DNA of 64,000 nucleotides, from positions 20,036 to 84,035 of the forward strand of contig JBGALC010000007.1 in the NCBI GenBank assembly GCA_044224095.1, read 5' to 3'. This document shows, piece by piece, positions 52,279 through 64,000 of this stretch. The stretch is from Micropruina sp. Its GTDB lineage: Bacteria > Actinomycetota > Actinomycetes > Propionibacteriales > Propionibacteriaceae. The translations under genes were made by a program, and so were the position numbers. Numbering within the stretch: position 1 is the first letter of the stretch; each line of letters starts with the position of its first letter. Below the pieces are notes generated by a model, which was given only the letters and a program-made list of their open reading frames with translations, searched no databases and had not been told where the DNA came from.

Positions 52279-53049
52279 TCAGGCTCCGGTGGAGTGCAAC
52301 CCGCCGTCGACGTGCACCATCTCACCGGTGGTCGCCGGGAACCAGTCCGAGAGCAGGGCGACGACCGCTCGCGCCGTCGGGTCGAGGTCCTTCGGGTCCC
52401 AGCCGAGCGGGGCGCGCTCGGCCCAGATGTCGTCGAAGGTCTCGGCGCCCGGGATCGCCTTCTTCGCGATCGTCGACAGCGGGCCGGCGGCGACGACGTT
52501 GCAGCGGATGCCGTCCGGGCCCAGGTAGCGGGCCAGGTAGCGCGACGTGCTCTCCAGCGCCGACTTCGCCACGCCCATCCAGTCGTAGGTGGGCCAGGAC
52601 TGCCGGGCGTCGAAGGTGAGCCCGACCACCGAGCCGCCGCTGCCCATCAGCGGCCGGCAGGCCATGGTCAGGCTGGCCAGCGAGTACGCCGAGACGTGGA
52701 TCGCGGTCTTCACGTCCTCCGCCGGCGTGGTCAGGAATTTGCCGCCCAGGGCGGTTTCCGGGTTGGCGAAGGCGATCGAGTGGACGACGCCGTCCAGGTG
52801 GTCGACGTGCTCGCGGACCTGGTCGGCAAGGCTGGCCAGGTGTTCCTCGTTGGTGACATCGAGCTCGAGCAGCGGCGGCTCGGGGTCGAGCCGCTTGATG
52901 ATCCGCCGGGTCAGGCTCAGCGCCCGTCCGAAGTTCGACACCAGAACGGTGGCACCCTCGCGCTGCGCGATCTCGGCCACCCGGTAGGCGATCGAGGTGT
53001 TCATGGTCACGCCCGCGACCAGGATGTTCTTGCCTTCCAGGATTCCCAA
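52279..53049 (-). CDS. fabI: Enoyl-ACP reductase FabI/InhA
   Basis: TTG start; GKNILVAGV, SIAY, HSIAF, YDWMGVAK. Confidence 0.93.
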   Translation of the reverse strand: MGILEGKNILVAGVTMNTSIAYRVAEIAQREGATVLVSNFGRALSLTRRIIKRLDPEPPLLELDVTNEEHLASLADQVREHVDHLDGVVHSIAFANPETALGGKFLTTPAEDVKTAIHVSAYSLASLTMACRPLMGSGGSVVGLTFDARQSWPTYDWMGVAKSALESTSRYLARYLGPDGIRCNVVAAGPLSTIAKKAIPGAETFDDIWAERAPLGWDPKDLDPTARAVVALLSDWFPATTGEMVHVDGGLHSTGA

Positions 53050-53078
53050 TTCCGTTTCCTTCCTCAGTGCCCGAACGC

Positions 53079-53709
<631 letters not shown>

Positions 53710-53800
53710 GCAGCACAACCTAGTGGATTGTCGCCCCCGAGGCGGAGAACGGCGCGGGGGGTGTGCGATCCGCCCCCGGCCGAAGACATACAGTGTCTGG

Positions 53801-54124
53801 GTGAGCACTCGGGCGCATGCACAGGGCCGGCCGGTCCTGATCACCAATGCCCGCCGGGCCCGGTCGCTGGACGCCGACGCGCGCAACAAGCGATACCTGC
53901 TGACCATGGCGGTCCGGGTGGCCTGCTTCCTGGGCGGGGTGGCGTCCCCGACGCCGTGGAACTGGGTGCTGTTCATCGGTGCCGCGGTGATCCCGCCGGT
54001 CGCGGTGATGCTGGCCAACGCGGTCGACCTGCGCCGCGGCCCGGACGCCGCCGACGAGCAGAGCGCCGACCGCAGGGAACTGACCTCCGGCGGCGTGGTG
54101 CCCGGATCGGTGGAGGACGACTGA
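53801..54124 (+). CDS. DUF3099 membrane protein
   Basis: LIT.A...RYLLTMAVRVACF...AVMLAN. Confidence 0.85.
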   Translation: MSTRAHAQGRPVLITNARRARSLDADARNKRYLLTMAVRVACFLGGVASPTPWNWVLFIGAAVIPPVAVMLANAVDLRRGPDAADEQSADRRELTSGGVVPGSVEDD

Positions 54125-54125
54125 G

Positions 54126-54905
54126 GTGCCGACGCTGGGCACGATGGGCCAGGCCCCGCAAGGCCGGCTGTGGCTGCGCTGGGTGGTGATGGGGGTTGCC
54201 GTGGTCTGCCTGGCGGTCGCCTTCGTCAACCTGGGCCGCTGGCAGCTGGACCGGCTGCAGCAGCGTCGCGACAACAACGGCGTCGTGGTGGCCCACGAGA
54301 AGTCCGCGGTGGTCGACTGGCAGACGGTGTTCGGGCGTCCGATCGAGGACGCCGACCAGTGGCAGCGGGTGCGGGTCACCGGCACCTTCGACGCCGACCG
54401 TTCGCTGGTCGTCCGGTACCGGTCGAACGGCGAGCAGACCGGCTGGGAGATCGTCACCCCGCTGCGGACCCCGCAGGGCAACGTGCTGGTCAGTCGCGGC
54501 TTCGCCGAGCGTCCCGCCGCCGAGGACTTCCCGCGGACCGCGCCACCACCGCCCCCCGGCGAGGTCACCGTGGTCGGCTACGTGCGCCGCAACGAGCAGG
54601 GCGGTCCCGGTGCGATCGTCCCGGTGGACGGCCAGGTCCGGCTGATCAACTCCGAGGCGGTGGCCGGCACGCTGCCGTATCCGCTGGTCGACGGCTACAT
54701 CGGGGCGATCGAGCTGACCCCCGCGGCGACCGACGGCCTGGTGCCGGTGAACCCGCCGGAGCTGACCGAGGGCAACCACTTCTCCTACGCGCTGCAGTGG
54801 TTCGCCTTCGCGGCCATCGCGGGCGTCGGCCTGGTGGTGCTGATCCGCTCCGATCTGCGCGATCGCCGCAGGGCTCGCGCCACGGCGTCCGCGACGGGTC
54901 ACTGA
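54126..54905 (+). CDS. SURF1 family protein
   Basis: LGRWQLDR, VTPL, VSRGF, HFSYALQWF. Confidence 0.92.
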   Translation: MPTLGTMGQAPQGRLWLRWVVMGVAVVCLAVAFVNLGRWQLDRLQQRRDNNGVVVAHEKSAVVDWQTVFGRPIEDADQWQRVRVTGTFDADRSLVVRYRSNGEQTGWEIVTPLRTPQGNVLVSRGFAERPAAEDFPRTAPPPPPGEVTVVGYVRRNEQGGPGAIVPVDGQVRLINSEAVAGTLPYPLVDGYIGAIELTPAATDGLVPVNPPELTEGNHFSYALQWFAFAAIAGVGLVVLIRSDLRDRRRARATASATGH

Positions 54906-54907
54906 TC

Positions 54908-55012
54908 TGCCGCGTCCACCGGGTTCGCCCGAGCGGTGTCGGTCGGACGGCGACGGAGGATAACGCGCCGAGACGTCGCACAGCGGGCGAAGGCTGGTGG
55001 GCGCGGCACTAG
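54908..55012. mobile_element. MITE/REP-like element (same family as 46714)
   Basis: TGCCGCGTCCACCGGGTTCGCCCG ... CGGGCGAAGGCTGGTGGGCGCGGCACTAG. Confidence 0.6.
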
Positions 55013-55021
55013 GGTGCTGGC

Positions 55022-55780
55022 ATGGATCTGGGACTGAGCGACCGGGTGTTCCTGGTGACCGCGGCGAGTGGCGGCCTGGGCCGCGCGGTCGCCGACCAGC
55101 TGGTGGCCGAGGGCGCCCGGGTGGTGCTGGTGGCCCGGCGGGCGGAGGCGCTCGACGACGCCGTCGCCGACCTGGGCAGTGCCAACGCGGTGGCGCTGGC
55201 GTCCGACCTCGCCGACCCCACGACGGCCCGGTCCGCCGCCGACCTCGCGTTGCGCACCTTCGGACGCCTCGACGGCGCCCTGGTCAGCGTCGGCGGCCCG
55301 CCGCCCGGGGCCGCCCTGGCCAACTCCGACGAGCAATGGCTGGCCGCCTTCGAGTCGGTGTTCCTGGCCGCCCTGCGCACCGTCCGGGCGGTGCTCGCCG
55401 CGGCGACCGGCCCGGCGGCGATCGGGCTGGTGCTGTCCACCTCGGTGAAGGTGCCGATCCCGGCGCTGGCGATCTCGAACGGCCTGCGGCCCGGGCTGGC
55501 CATGCTGATCAAGCAGCTCGCCGACGAGATCGGCCCCGACGGCAGCCGGGTGTTCGGCCTGCTGCCGGGCACCGTGCTGACCGAACGGATCCGGTTCCTG
55601 CACGGCCGGAGCGCCGACCCGGCGGCGGCCCGGGCGGGCGCCGAAGCGACGATCCCGCTGCGCCGGCTGGGCACCCCGGACGAGTTCGGCCGGGTGGCGG
55701 CGTTCCTGCTGTCGCCGGCGGCGTCCTACGTGACCGGCTCGGTGATTCCGGTCGACGGCGGCGCCCTGCGGGCGTTGTGA
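55022..55780 (+). CDS. SDR family oxidoreductase
   Basis: VTAASGGLG, IPLRRLG, YVTGSVIPVDGG. Confidence 0.9.
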   Translation: MDLGLSDRVFLVTAASGGLGRAVADQLVAEGARVVLVARRAEALDDAVADLGSANAVALASDLADPTTARSAADLALRTFGRLDGALVSVGGPPPGAALANSDEQWLAAFESVFLAALRTVRAVLAAATGPAAIGLVLSTSVKVPIPALAISNGLRPGLAMLIKQLADEIGPDGSRVFGLLPGTVLTERIRFLHGRSADPAAARAGAEATIPLRRLGTPDEFGRVAAFLLSPAASYVTGSVIPVDGGALRAL

Positions 55781-55799
55781 CCGCGGCCCGGGGCGCGGC

Positions 55800-56609
55800 A
55801 TGAGCCTGGACGCCGCCCGCGGGCTGCTGGCCTGCCCGCACTGCGCCTCGGCGCTGGAGGCCCGGGGCTCGCGCTGGGCGTGCCGGGACGGCCATTCCTT
55901 CGACGTCGCCCGGCAGGGCTACCTGAACCTGGCCGACGGACCCGAACCCGCCAACGCCGACACCGCGGCGATGCTCGACGCCAGGGCGCGCGTGCAGGCG
56001 TCCGGGCTGTTCGGGTTCGTCTCCGAGGCCGTGCGCGCGGTGGTGCCGGCCACCGCGGAGCGGCTACTCGAGGTGGGCGCCGGCACCGGGCACTACCTGG
56101 CCGGGCTCGTCGAGGACCGTCCGGCGGGCCGCGGGGTGGCGCTGGACGTCTCCCGCGCGGCCGCCCGGCGCGCGGCCAGGGCGCACCCGCGGGTGGCGTC
56201 CGTGGTCGCGGACGTCTGGAAGGGGCTGCCGGTCCGGACCGGTTCGCTGGACGTGGTGCTGTGCGTCTTCGCGCCGCGCAACATCGTCGAGTTCGCCCGG
56301 GTGCTGGCGGCCGGCGGGCTGGTGGTGGTCGTCACCCCCGGGCCGGGCCATCTGGGCGGGCTACGCCGGAAGTACGGACTGCTGGGGGTCGAGGCGGACA
56401 AGCGGGAGCGGCTGTTGGCGTCCACCGCCGGGCACCTCGTCCGCCGGGACGGCACGGTCGCCGAGAGCACGGCGACCGTGGACGCCGGACTGGTCGCCGA
56501 CCTGATCGGGATGGGCCCGAACGCCTTCCATGCCCGGCCCGCGGCGACGGCGTCCGAGCGGGTGGAGCTGGCGGTGCGGCTCGACGTCTTCACGCCGCTG
56601 CGGCCCTGA
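55800..56609 (+). CDS. RlmA-type 23S rRNA m1G methyltransferase
   Basis: CPHC...C..GHSFDVARQGYLNL zinc-binding N-terminus; EVGAGTGHY; VFAPRN. Confidence 0.82.
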   Translation: MSLDAARGLLACPHCASALEARGSRWACRDGHSFDVARQGYLNLADGPEPANADTAAMLDARARVQASGLFGFVSEAVRAVVPATAERLLEVGAGTGHYLAGLVEDRPAGRGVALDVSRAAARRAARAHPRVASVVADVWKGLPVRTGSLDVVLCVFAPRNIVEFARVLAAGGLVVVVTPGPGHLGGLRRKYGLLGVEADKRERLLASTAGHLVRRDGTVAESTATVDAGLVADLIGMGPNAFHARPAATASERVELAVRLDVFTPLRP

Positions 56610-56711
56610 GCCGGCGGGGCAACCCTGATCATCGCCGGGGCAGCTCGTCGAGACCCCTCTGGCAACGGGTTCCACGACCCCAACCGCGAACCCTTCGGCG
56701 ATCGGGGGCTC

Positions 56712-57353
56712 CTAGCGCCCGGCGCCGAGGATCGCTCCCGCGACGCTGCCCACGTACCAGTCCCGGTACGCCGCGGCGTCGAAGCCGCGGCGCCGGACCA
56801 GCCAGTCGTAGTTGCGGACGTCCATGGCGAGCACCAGGACGCTCACCACGGCGTCCCGGCCGAGCCCGGGCCGCACCTCGCCGGTGGCGATCAGCCCGGC
56901 AGCGAACATGGTCATCGCGGCGAGTCGCTCGTCCTCGTTCTTGGCCAGGATCGCCGCGGCGTCGGCGTCCACCGCCGCGGCGCTCTCCAGGGCGAGCAGG
57001 ACGCCCGCCACCCGGCCCATGGTTGCCCACATCTCGTCGGCGTAGCGGCCGAGCTTGTCGCGCGCGGCGGGCAGCGCCTCGATGTCGGCGACGAAGGACC
57101 GGCCGGCCATCGGGACCGGCTCGTCGTCGCCGGCGATGGTGACGTCGAGCACAGCCGACAGCAGGCCCTTCTTCGAGCCGAAGTGCGCGGCGATGGTCGG
57201 CACGGCCACCCCGGCGAGCTCGGCGACGTCCGCCATCCGCGCCCCCGCGTACCCGGGCTCGACGAAGAGCTCGGCCGCGGCGTCCAGGATCGCCCGCCGG
57301 GTGCGGCGCGCCGAGGCCTGCCGCCGGCTCGCGTCATAGGACCTCTTGACCAC
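56712..57353 (-). CDS. TetR/AcrR family regulator
   Basis: ILDAAAELF..PGY...MADVAELAGVAVPTIAAHFGSK. Confidence 0.9.
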   Translation of the reverse strand: MVKRSYDASRRQASARRTRRAILDAAAELFVEPGYAGARMADVAELAGVAVPTIAAHFGSKKGLLSAVLDVTIAGDDEPVPMAGRSFVADIEALPAARDKLGRYADEMWATMGRVAGVLLALESAAAVDADAAAILAKNEDERLAAMTMFAAGLIATGEVRPGLGRDAVVSVLVLAMDVRNYDWLVRRRGFDAAAYRDWYVGSVAGAILGAGR

Positions 57354-57378
57354 GGGGCTGACCCTAGTGCATATTTAT

Positions 57379-57393
57379 TATGTCTTAAACATA
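57379..57393. promoter_or_regulatory. Candidate TetR operator
   Basis: TATGT-N5-ACATA inverted repeat in the AT-rich divergent spacer. Confidence 0.4.
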
Positions 57394-57410
57394 TCGAATA
57401 GGGGGAGGTC

Positions 57411-58043
57411 ATGTTCAACGTTCACCAGGACGCCCACGCGTTCTTCACGCAGGCCTACCGGACCGGCTTCGTGCCGTGGGAGCGAGCCGCCGCCGCGGGC
57501 GCCGAACAGGAGGCGAGGCTGTTCGACGCCGAGGACGCCACCCATCGCGCGCCGGGCCGGCGCGCCCTCGACGTCGGCTGCGGACGCGGGCATCATGCCC
57601 TGATGCTCGCCGACCGGGGCTGGCGGGTGACCGGGGTCGACTTCGTCGCGGAAGCGGTCGACGCGGCCCGCCGATTGCCGGGCGCTGAGCGGGTCGACTT
57701 CGTGGTCGGCGACGCGGCCGACCTGACCGCCTGCGTCACCGGACCGTTCGACTTCTTCCTCGACGGCGGCTGCTTCCACGGCCTCGGCGCCGACGAGCGC
57801 GCCGGCTGGGGACGCGGCGTCGTCGCTCTCGCCGCGCCCGACGCGACCCTGCTGATGGTGGCCTTCGACCCATGGCCGGACGGGCAATCCGCCCCGCCCA
57901 ACGCACCCGTCGGCACCACGCCGGACGAGATCATGTCCGTCCTGCCGGGGTGGACGCTGATCGCCGACGAGTCGATGCCGGACGCCTACCGCCCGGTCCC
58001 CCAGCCCGCCCACTTCTACCGGCTGCGCCGCGGGGACGGCTGA
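57411..58043 (+). CDS. Class I SAM-dependent methyltransferase
   Basis: GGAGG RBS; ALDVGCGRG, VTGVD, DGGCFH. Confidence 0.88.
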   Translation: MFNVHQDAHAFFTQAYRTGFVPWERAAAAGAEQEARLFDAEDATHRAPGRRALDVGCGRGHHALMLADRGWRVTGVDFVAEAVDAARRLPGAERVDFVVGDAADLTACVTGPFDFFLDGGCFHGLGADERAGWGRGVVALAAPDATLLMVAFDPWPDGQSAPPNAPVGTTPDEIMSVLPGWTLIADESMPDAYRPVPQPAHFYRLRRGDG

Positions 58044-58120
58044 CCGGGCGGCCCCGCGGAACGATCAGATCCGTGGCCGTCCGGCGGCACGGTCACGCCG
58101 AGGCCGTAAACTGCCCGACC

Positions 58121-59323
58121 GTGACGTCTGCCTGGCCCAACCCTCCCGCATCCGCCCTGATCGAGCAGTTCATCGCCGGGATCGACGAGGTACTCCCCCA
58201 GGCCCGGGCCCTGCGCAGGGCGATCCACTCCGACCCCTACATCGGCGGTTTCGAACAGCCCACCGCCGACCTGCTGCAGGCCGCGCTCGGGCGTCCGACC
58301 ACCTCCGTCGCCGACACCGGCTTCTGGACCCGCCTCGGCCCGCCGGGCGCCACGGTCGCCCTGCGCAGCGAACTGGACGCCCTGCCGATCGCGGAGGACA
58401 CCGGCGTCGACTGGGCCGCGACCAACGGCGCGATGCACGCCTGCGGACACGACGTCCACATGGCGGCGGTCTGGGCGGTGCTGAAGGCGGCCGAGTCGGT
58501 CCAGCTGCCGACCGGGCTGCTCGGGATCTACCAGCCCCGCGAGGAGTGCCAGCCCTCGGGCGCCCCCGACATCCTGCGGACTGGGCTGCTCGCCGACCTC
58601 GACGTCCGGTCGGTGATCGGGGCGCACGTCCAGCCCCGGGTGGCGGCCGGCCTGGTGAGCAGCGGGATCGGCGGTGTGAACGCGGCCGCCGACGCCTTCG
58701 ACATCGTGGTCCGCGGACACGGCGGGCACGGCGCGTACCCGCACGTCACGATCGACCCGGTGCCGATTCTGGCGAGCATCGCGTCCGGGCTCTACGAGCT
58801 GGTCGGACGCCTCATCGACCCCACCCACGCCGCGCTGATCAGCATCGGCCGGATCGAGGCCGGGGCGACCCACAACATCATTCCCGACTCGGCGATGCTG
58901 CAGGGCATCATCCGGACCATGCACGAGTCGGACCGCCGGGTGCTGCACGCCGAGGTGCGTCGTTTCGCCGAGCACACCGCCGCGGCCCGCGGCGCCACCG
59001 CAGAGGTCACGCTGCTGCGGGGCGACCCGGTGCTGGCCAACGACCACGACCTGGTGAAGTCGCTCGACCCGGTGCTGCAGGCGGCCGGCCTGCAGGTCGC
59101 CGACCAGCCGTTCCGGTCGCTCGGCGCCGACGATTTCAGCCACTTCGGCCAGCACGTGCCGATCGTGATGATGTTCGTCGGCACCGGTGAGGAGGCCGGC
59201 ACGCGGCACGACATCGGGCTGCACCACGCCCGCTACCTGCCCGACGAGGACACCATCCGGACGGTGGCGCTGGCCCTGGCCTCCGGCTACGTCGCCGGTG
59301 CGCGGCTGGCCGGCGCGCTCTGA
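58121..59323 (+). CDS. M20 family amidohydrolase
   Basis: LRSELDALP, MHACGHD, QPREE, GGHGAYPH, DDFS. Confidence 0.9.
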   Translation: MTSAWPNPPASALIEQFIAGIDEVLPQARALRRAIHSDPYIGGFEQPTADLLQAALGRPTTSVADTGFWTRLGPPGATVALRSELDALPIAEDTGVDWAATNGAMHACGHDVHMAAVWAVLKAAESVQLPTGLLGIYQPREECQPSGAPDILRTGLLADLDVRSVIGAHVQPRVAAGLVSSGIGGVNAAADAFDIVVRGHGGHGAYPHVTIDPVPILASIASGLYELVGRLIDPTHAALISIGRIEAGATHNIIPDSAMLQGIIRTMHESDRRVLHAEVRRFAEHTAAARGATAEVTLLRGDPVLANDHDLVKSLDPVLQAAGLQVADQPFRSLGADDFSHFGQHVPIVMMFVGTGEEAGTRHDIGLHHARYLPDEDTIRTVALALASGYVAGARLAGAL

Positions 59324-59376
59324 CCACCATCACGGACCCCCCAGGGCCCTGCCTTTCGGGGATCGGGGCGCGCGCG

Positions 59377-60978
<1,602 letters not shown>

Positions 60979-61013
60979 GAGGGGACACTCTACCGGGCGG
61001 ACGCCAGCCGCTC

Positions 61014-62129
61014 TTACGAGCGGGACTGCTTGCTCGCCTTGCCCTTCACGATCTTCACGATGGTGCCCGGTGCGGGCGGATCCTCGTTGCCGAGGGTCCC
61101 GGCCCAGATGCTGCCGTCCGGCCCGGTCTCGACCGCGACCACGCCCGGCAGCTGCACCAGGGTGGAGCGCTTGCCGTGCTTGAGCTGGGTGATCTGGCCC
61201 GCGAACAGCTCGGCCACGTAGAACTCACCGTGCTTGCCGATCGCCAGGTTGGTCGCTCCGAGGAAGCCGGATGCCACGACCTTGGCCTTGCCGGTCCACG
61301 GGTTGACCCGCCACAGCTTGCCGCGGGCACCCAGCGCCGGGCTCTCCGGACCGCCCGGCAGGGTGGTCACGTAGAGGTAGCCGTCCCGGCCGACCTCGAC
61401 GTCGGTGGGCACCGACTCGAAGGCGTAGGTGACGCCGTGGAAGCAGTCCGGCAGGCCCAGTGCCTTGGCGCTGGCCTCGTCGAAGGTGAACGGCTGCGGC
61501 GGCAGCACCGCGAGGGTGCGGATCTTGCCCTTGTTGGACACCGAGAACAGCGCGTTGGCGCCGGCGTCGGCGACCACCCAGCCACCCTTGAACGCCGCCA
61601 CCGAATAGGCGTGCGAGTCGACCAGGCCCTTGTAGCTGACCGGGAACTGCATCTCGGTCAGGGCGTCGGTGACGCACTGGCTCGGGTTCTTCACGCCGTA
61701 CTGGTAGCCCTTGTCCGGGTTGTACTTCGTCTCGTAGGCGTGGGTGTCGGCATAGACCCGCTTGCCCTTCGTCCCCCAGATGTGCAGCCCGCTGGCGCTG
61801 TTCTCGAAGGTCTCCGGATTGGTGACGGTGGTGGTGAACGCCAGCCGCTTGCCGTCGCGCGAGGTCGCCACCCCGGACGCCCCCGGCTGGTCGGCCGCGA
61901 TCGTGGCGATCGTGCCGTCCTTCTTGAGCTTGCCGACCAGGTTGAGCCCGCCGTCGGCGACCAGCACCGAGTTCCGCCGGACGTCCAGGTTGAACGGCGC
62001 GGCCAGCGCCGAGGACTTGACGACCGGGTCCGGTGCCGGCTTGGGCTTGGCGTCCGCCACGCCCGGGACGACCAGCAGCAGACTCGCCGACAAACCGCCG
62101 GCGGCCATGATGAATGAACGGGTGCGCAT
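61014..62129 (-). CDS. Secreted ScyD/ScyE-family beta-propeller protein
   Basis: Signal peptide; VADAGANAL, ESVPTDV..G.DG.LYV motifs. Confidence 0.78.
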   Translation of the reverse strand: MRTRSFIMAAGGLSASLLLVVPGVADAKPKPAPDPVVKSSALAAPFNLDVRRNSVLVADGGLNLVGKLKKDGTIATIAADQPGASGVATSRDGKRLAFTTTVTNPETFENSASGLHIWGTKGKRVYADTHAYETKYNPDKGYQYGVKNPSQCVTDALTEMQFPVSYKGLVDSHAYSVAAFKGGWVVADAGANALFSVSNKGKIRTLAVLPPQPFTFDEASAKALGLPDCFHGVTYAFESVPTDVEVGRDGYLYVTTLPGGPESPALGARGKLWRVNPWTGKAKVVASGFLGATNLAIGKHGEFYVAELFAGQITQLKHGKRSTLVQLPGVVAVETGPDGSIWAGTLGNEDPPAPGTIVKIVKGKASKQSRS

Positions 62130-62333
62130 GCCTCCCCCTTTGTGCCCGGCTCTGCCGGACCGAATCGGATCTGCGACGGCGAACCCCCTCGCCGACCGCC
62201 GGAGGGCCTCACGATTGACGGGACCCAGCCGCAATCCTGTGTCTCGGCTGTGCCCAAGGTCAACGGTTGCTGAGAACCAGCCGCCCAAAAGGGTGTACGC
62301 ATAATTGCCCCCGTGGGCGGCCTGCCGGGGTGG

Positions 62334-62813
62334 TCAGAAGAGACCGGACAGCGGCGGTCGATCGGGCGTGATGCTGCGGGCGACGCGCTCGAAGACCGTG
62401 CCCAGTACCGTCCGCTCGTCGTCGGTCATCAGGTCGAGGAAGTTCGCCCGGACGGTGCGCACGTGCCCGGGGGCCGCGGCCCGGATGCGGGCCAGCCCCT
62501 CCTCGGTGATCGAGACCACGGTGCCCCGGCCGTCCTCGGCAGCCGGGCTGCGGACCACCAGTCCGCGGGTCTCCATCCGCCGCAACTGGTGCGCCAGCCG
62601 GCTGCTCTCCCAGCCGATCCACTCCCGCAGCCGGCCCACCCGGACGCCGTCGTCGCTGCCCCCGCTCAACCCCACCAGCACCGCGTAGTCGGCGTGGGAG
62701 AGGGCGCTGCCGGCCAGGTCGGCCGAGATCACCCGGTCGAGGTCCTGCTGGGCCAGGATGAAGTGCTGCCACAGAGCCATTTCCTCCGGGGACAGCCAAC
62801 GCACCTCATCCAC
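62334..62813 (-). CDS. MarR family regulator
   Basis: WLSPEE...YAVLVGLS...SRLAHQLRRME.RGLV...DGRG. Confidence 0.9.
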   Translation of the reverse strand: MDEVRWLSPEEMALWQHFILAQQDLDRVISADLAGSALSHADYAVLVGLSGGSDDGVRVGRLREWIGWESSRLAHQLRRMETRGLVVRSPAAEDGRGTVVSITEEGLARIRAAAPGHVRTVRANFLDLMTDDERTVLGTVFERVARSITPDRPPLSGLF

Positions 62814-62923
62814 AGCGGAGATCGTAGGCCACCGGCCCGGTCATCCCGCAGAGGCACTCCGCACGATGGGCACGGACGGCAACGGCCGAGGGCGCGGCGA
62901 CCCGGACCGGCGCCGACGTTCGC

Positions 62924-63304
62924 TCAGACGTTGTAGCCGATCGCGCGCAGCTGCTCGCGGCCCTCTTCGGTGATGTTGTCCAGGGTCCACGGCGGCAGCC
63001 ACACCCAGTTGATCGCGACCGAGTTGACCAGCCCGTCCAGGGCCATCTCGGTGTCGAACTCCAGCCGGTCGGTCAACGGACAGGTCGGCGAGGTCAGCGT
63101 CATGTCGATCGTGCAGTTGTTGTCGTCGTCGAGGTGGATGCCGTAGACCAGCCCCAGGTCGACGACGTTGACCATCAGCTCGGGGTCGACCACGTCGCGC
63201 ATCGCCTCGGTCAGGTCCTCCAGGCTCGGACGCGCCGACGGCGGTGCGGTGCTGTCGGGAAAGGTGTCGTCCACCAGGTCGGACGGACGCAGTTCGGTCA
63301 TCAT
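62924..63304 (-). CDS. sufT: Fe-S assembly factor SufT/DUF59
   Basis: VVDPELMVNVVDLGLVY, MTLTSPTCP. Confidence 0.9.
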   Translation of the reverse strand: MMTELRPSDLVDDTFPDSTAPPSARPSLEDLTEAMRDVVDPELMVNVVDLGLVYGIHLDDDNNCTIDMTLTSPTCPLTDRLEFDTEMALDGLVNSVAINWVWLPPWTLDNITEEGREQLRAIGYNV

Positions 63305-63750
63305 GACTCCTTCGTATTCGCCAACGCCTGGGCGGCGGCGTCCTTGAACGCCGACCAGCCCAGCAGGGCACATTTGACCCGGGCCGGGAACCTCGCCACC
63401 CCGATGAAGGCGATGGCGTCCTCGAGGCGGTCCTCGTCGGGTTCGATCTCGCCGCGGCTGTGCATCATCTCGGTGAACTCCTCGTGCAGCGCCAGCGCCT
63501 CGGGCACCGTCCTGCCGATCACCAGGTCGCTCATCACCGAGGTGGACGCCTGCGAGATCGAGCAGCCGACCCCCTCGTAGGAGACATCGGTCACCCGGTC
63601 GCCGTCGAGCGCCACCCGCAGCATCACCTCGTCGCCGCAGCTGGGGTTGACGTGGGTCACCTGTGCTCCGTAGGGCTCGCGCAGCCCGGCGTGATGCTTG
63701 GTCCGGTAGTGGTCCAGGATGATCTCCTGGTACATCGCCTCGACGCTCAC
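63301..63750 (-). CDS. sufU: SUF scaffold/sulfur transfer protein SufU
   Basis: YQEIILDHY, NPSCGDE, GCSISQAS, RVKCALL. Confidence 0.95.
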   Translation of the reverse strand: MSVEAMYQEIILDHYRTKHHAGLREPYGAQVTHVNPSCGDEVMLRVALDGDRVTDVSYEGVGCSISQASTSVMSDLVIGRTVPEALALHEEFTEMMHSRGEIEPDEDRLEDAIAFIGVARFPARVKCALLGWSAFKDAAAQALANTKES

Positions 63751-64000
63751 GCGACCCTCCCGAAGAAGTCCCTGGTGTAGTCGAGCGCCTCGACCAGCTG
63801 ATCGATCTCGCGCTCCAGGGTGTACAGGTAGAACGACGCCCGGGTGGACGCGGCTATTCCCAGTCGCTCGTGCAGCGGCCGCGCGCAGTGATGGCCGCCG
63901 CGGACGGCCACCCCGCGCGAGTCCAGGAAGGTCATCACGTCGTGCGGGTGGATGTCCAGGCCGTCGGCGGTGGCCAGGGTGAACGAGACCGCCCCGCCGC
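63747..64000 (-). CDS. sufS: Cysteine desulfurase SufS (3' end only)
   Basis: IHPHDV, VRGGHHCA, RASFYLY. Confidence 0.93.
   Translation of the reverse strand, partial: GGAVSFTLATADGLDIHPHDVMTFLDSRGVAVRGGHHCARPLHERLGIAASTRASFYLYTLEREIDQLVEALDYTRDFFGRVA

Overview
High-GC actinobacterial chromosome segment, Propionibacteriales-like by gene order (inference). The backbone is housekeeping: infB-ylxR, nusA-rimP, proS, ispG/rseP/dxr, rlmN-cdsA-frr-pyrH-tsf-rpsB, xerC, def, fabG-fabI and the suf operon end, with accessory genes interspersed. Best candidate for an under-described system: a ~6 kb module at 25.2-31.4 kb. It has a TPR-CHAT caspase-like protease followed by a helical protein with a CdvA-like coiled-coil tail, divergent from a translationally coupled operon of a signal-less subtilase, an ECF sigma factor and a putative soluble anti-sigma. 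Second candidate: an ~83-nt four-way-junction RNA with its own promoter at 3916-3998 (-). Also seen: a CTAG-bounded MITE/REP-like repeat family overlapping -10 boxes, a compound tandem-repeat intergenic region (not CRISPR), and two disrupted genes (fabG deletion, DinB frameshift). All family calls come from motif recognition by eye; no searches were run.
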